This document shows positions 23,515 through 25,186 of a stretch of 25,186 nucleotides of DNA, one piece after another (position 1 is the first letter of the stretch; each line of letters starts with the position of its first letter). Position numbers and translations under genes: made by a program. Where the stretch lies: the UHGV virus genome UHGV-1407433, one strand, 5' to 3'. The notes under the pieces are model-generated. The model did no database searches. It was not told the DNA's origin and was given only the letters and a program-made list of their open reading frames with translations. Source of the stretch: a virus.

Positions 23515-24050
23515 TGGTCCAGCCCCCAGCACGCCAGCGCGCTTTCCTGGTCCCGTCGCTCAACCTGGCCATAGCAGCCATTCTTCTGGCCTTTGGTTAG
23601 ACGACAATCACGGCCACCGTCTTTAATCCACCAGCGGATTGCCTCGCATGCACCGATGCGGTCACCTGCGTTGATGCGCTTATAGAAGGTCGATGGGAAG
23701 CATTTACCGGGGCCGATGTTATACGGGCAGAAGGATGCGATACCCACCTTCTGAGGCTCTGTCAGAGGCACTTTGATATTGCGATCAACCCAGGCTAATG
23801 CCTTATCGCGTTCAATAGCGTTAACCTTCCGGCATTGTTCCTCAGTGGCCGTCATGCCTTTAACAACACGCCTGCCATCGATAACGGTCACGCCGTGACA
23901 TAAAGACCAGACCCCACCCGGATCAACAACGGCCACCAGCGCATTGCCTTCTTTCTCGCTGATGAATTGGTCAAAAATGAGTGGAGCAGAAGCCCCTGAC
24001 GCGATTAGCGCCAGCACTGCTACGCTGAGCTTTGCTTTGTTCGACATCAT
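23511..24050 (-). CDS. R: SAR endolysin (T4-lysozyme-like muramidase, phage 21 R type)
   Basis: The N-terminal segment [19 protein letters not shown] is weakly hydrophobic and Gly/Ala-rich. The catalytic spacing is E-x8-D-x5-S in [16 protein letters not shown]. The start overlaps the holin stop. Confidence 0.9.
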   Translation of the reverse strand: MMSNKAKLSVAVLALIASGASAPLIFDQFISEKEGNALVAVVDPGGVWSLCHGVTVIDGRRVVKGMTATEEQCRKVNAIERDKALAWVDRNIKVPLTEPQKVGIASFCPYNIGPGKCFPSTFYKRINAGDRIGACEAIRWWIKDGGRDCRLTKGQKNGCYGQVERRDQESALACWGLDQ

Positions 24051-24262
24051 TCACCTCGCGCAGCTTTGCGGCGATCCGCTTTGATTTGGAAGTACAGACT
24101 CGTTAACCACGTCAGCAAACCAAACATGAGGCTACCGAGCACACCAATGGCCGCCCATTGAGATGGAGAGACTTTATCGAGGAGCTGAAGCAACCAGTAT
24201 CCGGTCCCCCCACCCGATGCGCCGTATGCAATACCCGTCGTGATTTTTTCCATTCGATACAT
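24047..24262 (-). CDS. S: pinholin, phage 21 S type, with dual-start motif
   Basis: [45 protein letters not shown]...DRRKAARGE compares with phage 21 [46 protein letters not shown]...DRRKAARGE (recalled). Met1 (24262) and Met4 (24253) would give antiholin and holin forms. Confidence 0.9.
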   Translation of the reverse strand: MYRMEKITTGIAYGASGGGTGYWLLQLLDKVSPSQWAAIGVLGSLMFGLLTWLTSLYFQIKADRRKAARGE

Positions 24263-24301
24263 GCTCTCACCTCGCTACGTTGCGGGTGTCCAGTTGAGGT
24301 A

Positions 24302-24326
24302 ATAAAAAGGGCCGCGATAGCGACCC
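24302..24326 (-). terminator. intrinsic terminator between the methyltransferase gene and the lysis cassette
   Basis: On the minus strand, GGGTCGC-TATC-GCGGCCC forms a 7 bp stem with one G-U pair, followed by TTTTTATT. Confidence 0.65.
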
Positions 24327-24332
24327 AAGCTT

Positions 24333-25186
24333 TTATTCCCCTGCCAGCTGCCTTACCTCACTTACCGTCTGGTTGAAACGTTCCTCTTCCAGTTCTACGC
24401 CGATAGCCTGGCGGCCCAGTTCAATGGCTGCTTTAACAGTTGATCCCGAGCCCATAAAGAAATCAGCTACCACATCGCCGGGCCTGCTGCTGGCGTTGAT
24501 GATTTGCCGCAACATATCAGCGGGCTTTTCGCACGGGTGTTTGCCTGGATAGAACTGGACGGGTTTATGTGTCCAGACGTCTGTATAGGGCACGGCTACT
24601 GTCACAGAGAAATGCCGCCGAAGAGATTTGTACTCTTCCAGCAGATCAAGGTATTTCCGGTTCAACGAATGCCATGTGGCCACCAGCTGGTGATGCGGTG
24701 CTTTGAGTTCAGAGGCGCGGTGCTTCTCAATGGCGATCTGAGTGAACAATTCCTGCAGCTTTTCGTAATCCTGCTCGTTTGGTAGTTGCCACTGACTGGT
24801 ACCGAACCAGTGAGACGCCATATTTTTCTTTCCGGTAGCGTCAGCTATTTGCCTGGACGTGACCCCCAGTTCGGCTCGTGCATCACGAAAGTAGGTGATT
24901 AACGGAGCCATGACGTGCTGTTTGACCTCGTTGCTTTTCTCAGCAAATCCGTCGCTTTTCGGCTTATATGGCCCCTGATAATGCTCAGCGAAAAGGATGC
25001 GTTCCGTCGCGGGGAAGTAAGAGCGCAGGCTTTCTTTATTACAACCGTTCCAACGCCCTGATGGCTTCGCCCAGATAATGTGGTTCATGACGTTGAAGCG
25101 TTCACGCATCATGATCTCAATATCAGATGCCAGGCGATGCCCACAGAACAGGTAAAGGCTTCCGGCAGGTTTCAACACCCGCCAGA
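24333..25186 (-). CDS. DNA methyltransferase (N6-adenine/N4-cytosine family, beta-type motif order), 5' end outside the window
   Basis: The frame is open to the right edge (WRVLKPAGSLYLF...). The C-terminal PGDVVADFFMGSGSTVKAAIELGRQAIGVELEE is the AdoMet-binding FxGxG motif I. The DPPY-type motif IV would lie upstream of the window. The TTG start in the ORF track is not the real start. Confidence 0.85.
   Translation of the reverse strand, partial: WRVLKPAGSLYLFCGHRLASDIEIMMRERFNVMNHIIWAKPSGRWNGCNKESLRSYFPATERILFAEHYQGPYKPKSDGFAEKSNEVKQHVMAPLITYFRDARAELGVTSRQIADATGKKNMASHWFGTSQWQLPNEQDYEKLQELFTQIAIEKHRASELKAPHHQLVATWHSLNRKYLDLLEEYKSLRRHFSVTVAVPYTDVWTHKPVQFYPGKHPCEKPADMLRQIINASSRPGDVVADFFMGSGSTVKAAIELGRQAIGVELEEERFNQTVSEVRQLAGE

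Noticed and set aside
1-25186. Search for integrase, att sites, repressor or immunity genes, tRNA or IS elements
   Set aside because: None is recognisable in any frame. The window covers only late, lysis and accessory regions, so prophage boundaries and the host cannot be determined from it.

Overview
The window is the late region of a lambda-like (lambdoid) enterobacterial prophage, almost entirely encoded on the minus strand. Right to left it contains: a 5'-truncated DNA methyltransferase; a phage-21-type lysis cassette (dual-start pinholin, SAR endolysin, Rz with embedded Rz1); a roughly 3 kb accessory island of small unknown genes plus a KilA-N/P63C protein; a complete lambda-type cos site (cosQ, cosN, cosB); then Nu1, A, W, B, C/Nu3, D, E, FI, FII, Z, U, V, a G remnant, truncated H, M, L, K, I and J; an AT-rich accessory patch with a plus-strand lipoprotein gene and a decayed stf-like fragment; and the start of a side tail fibre gene running off the left edge. 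Family calls rest on my recollection of lambda and phage 21 protein and cos sequences, since no search was possible. Points that stand out: (1) a deletion joins codon ~30 of G to about codon 60 of H, removing G, T and the H start. (2) Two clusters of TTATCCC..GGGATAA palindromes bracket a four-gene insert downstream of Rz. (3) A 25 bp perfect palindrome abutting cosQ matches the Fur-box consensus at 17 of 19 positions. (4) Eight Chi octamers all lie on the late-gene strand, five of them within 5 kb of the right cos end. (5) The lipoprotein gene next to J has a near-consensus promoter and Shine-Dalgarno (SD) sequence but an ATA at the start position. (6) Two small genes with good SD sequences converge and overlap in an AT-rich island. 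No integrase, immunity region, tRNA, IS element or CRISPR array is visible. I found no convincing complete novel system, so the accessory-island items are hypotheses to test.
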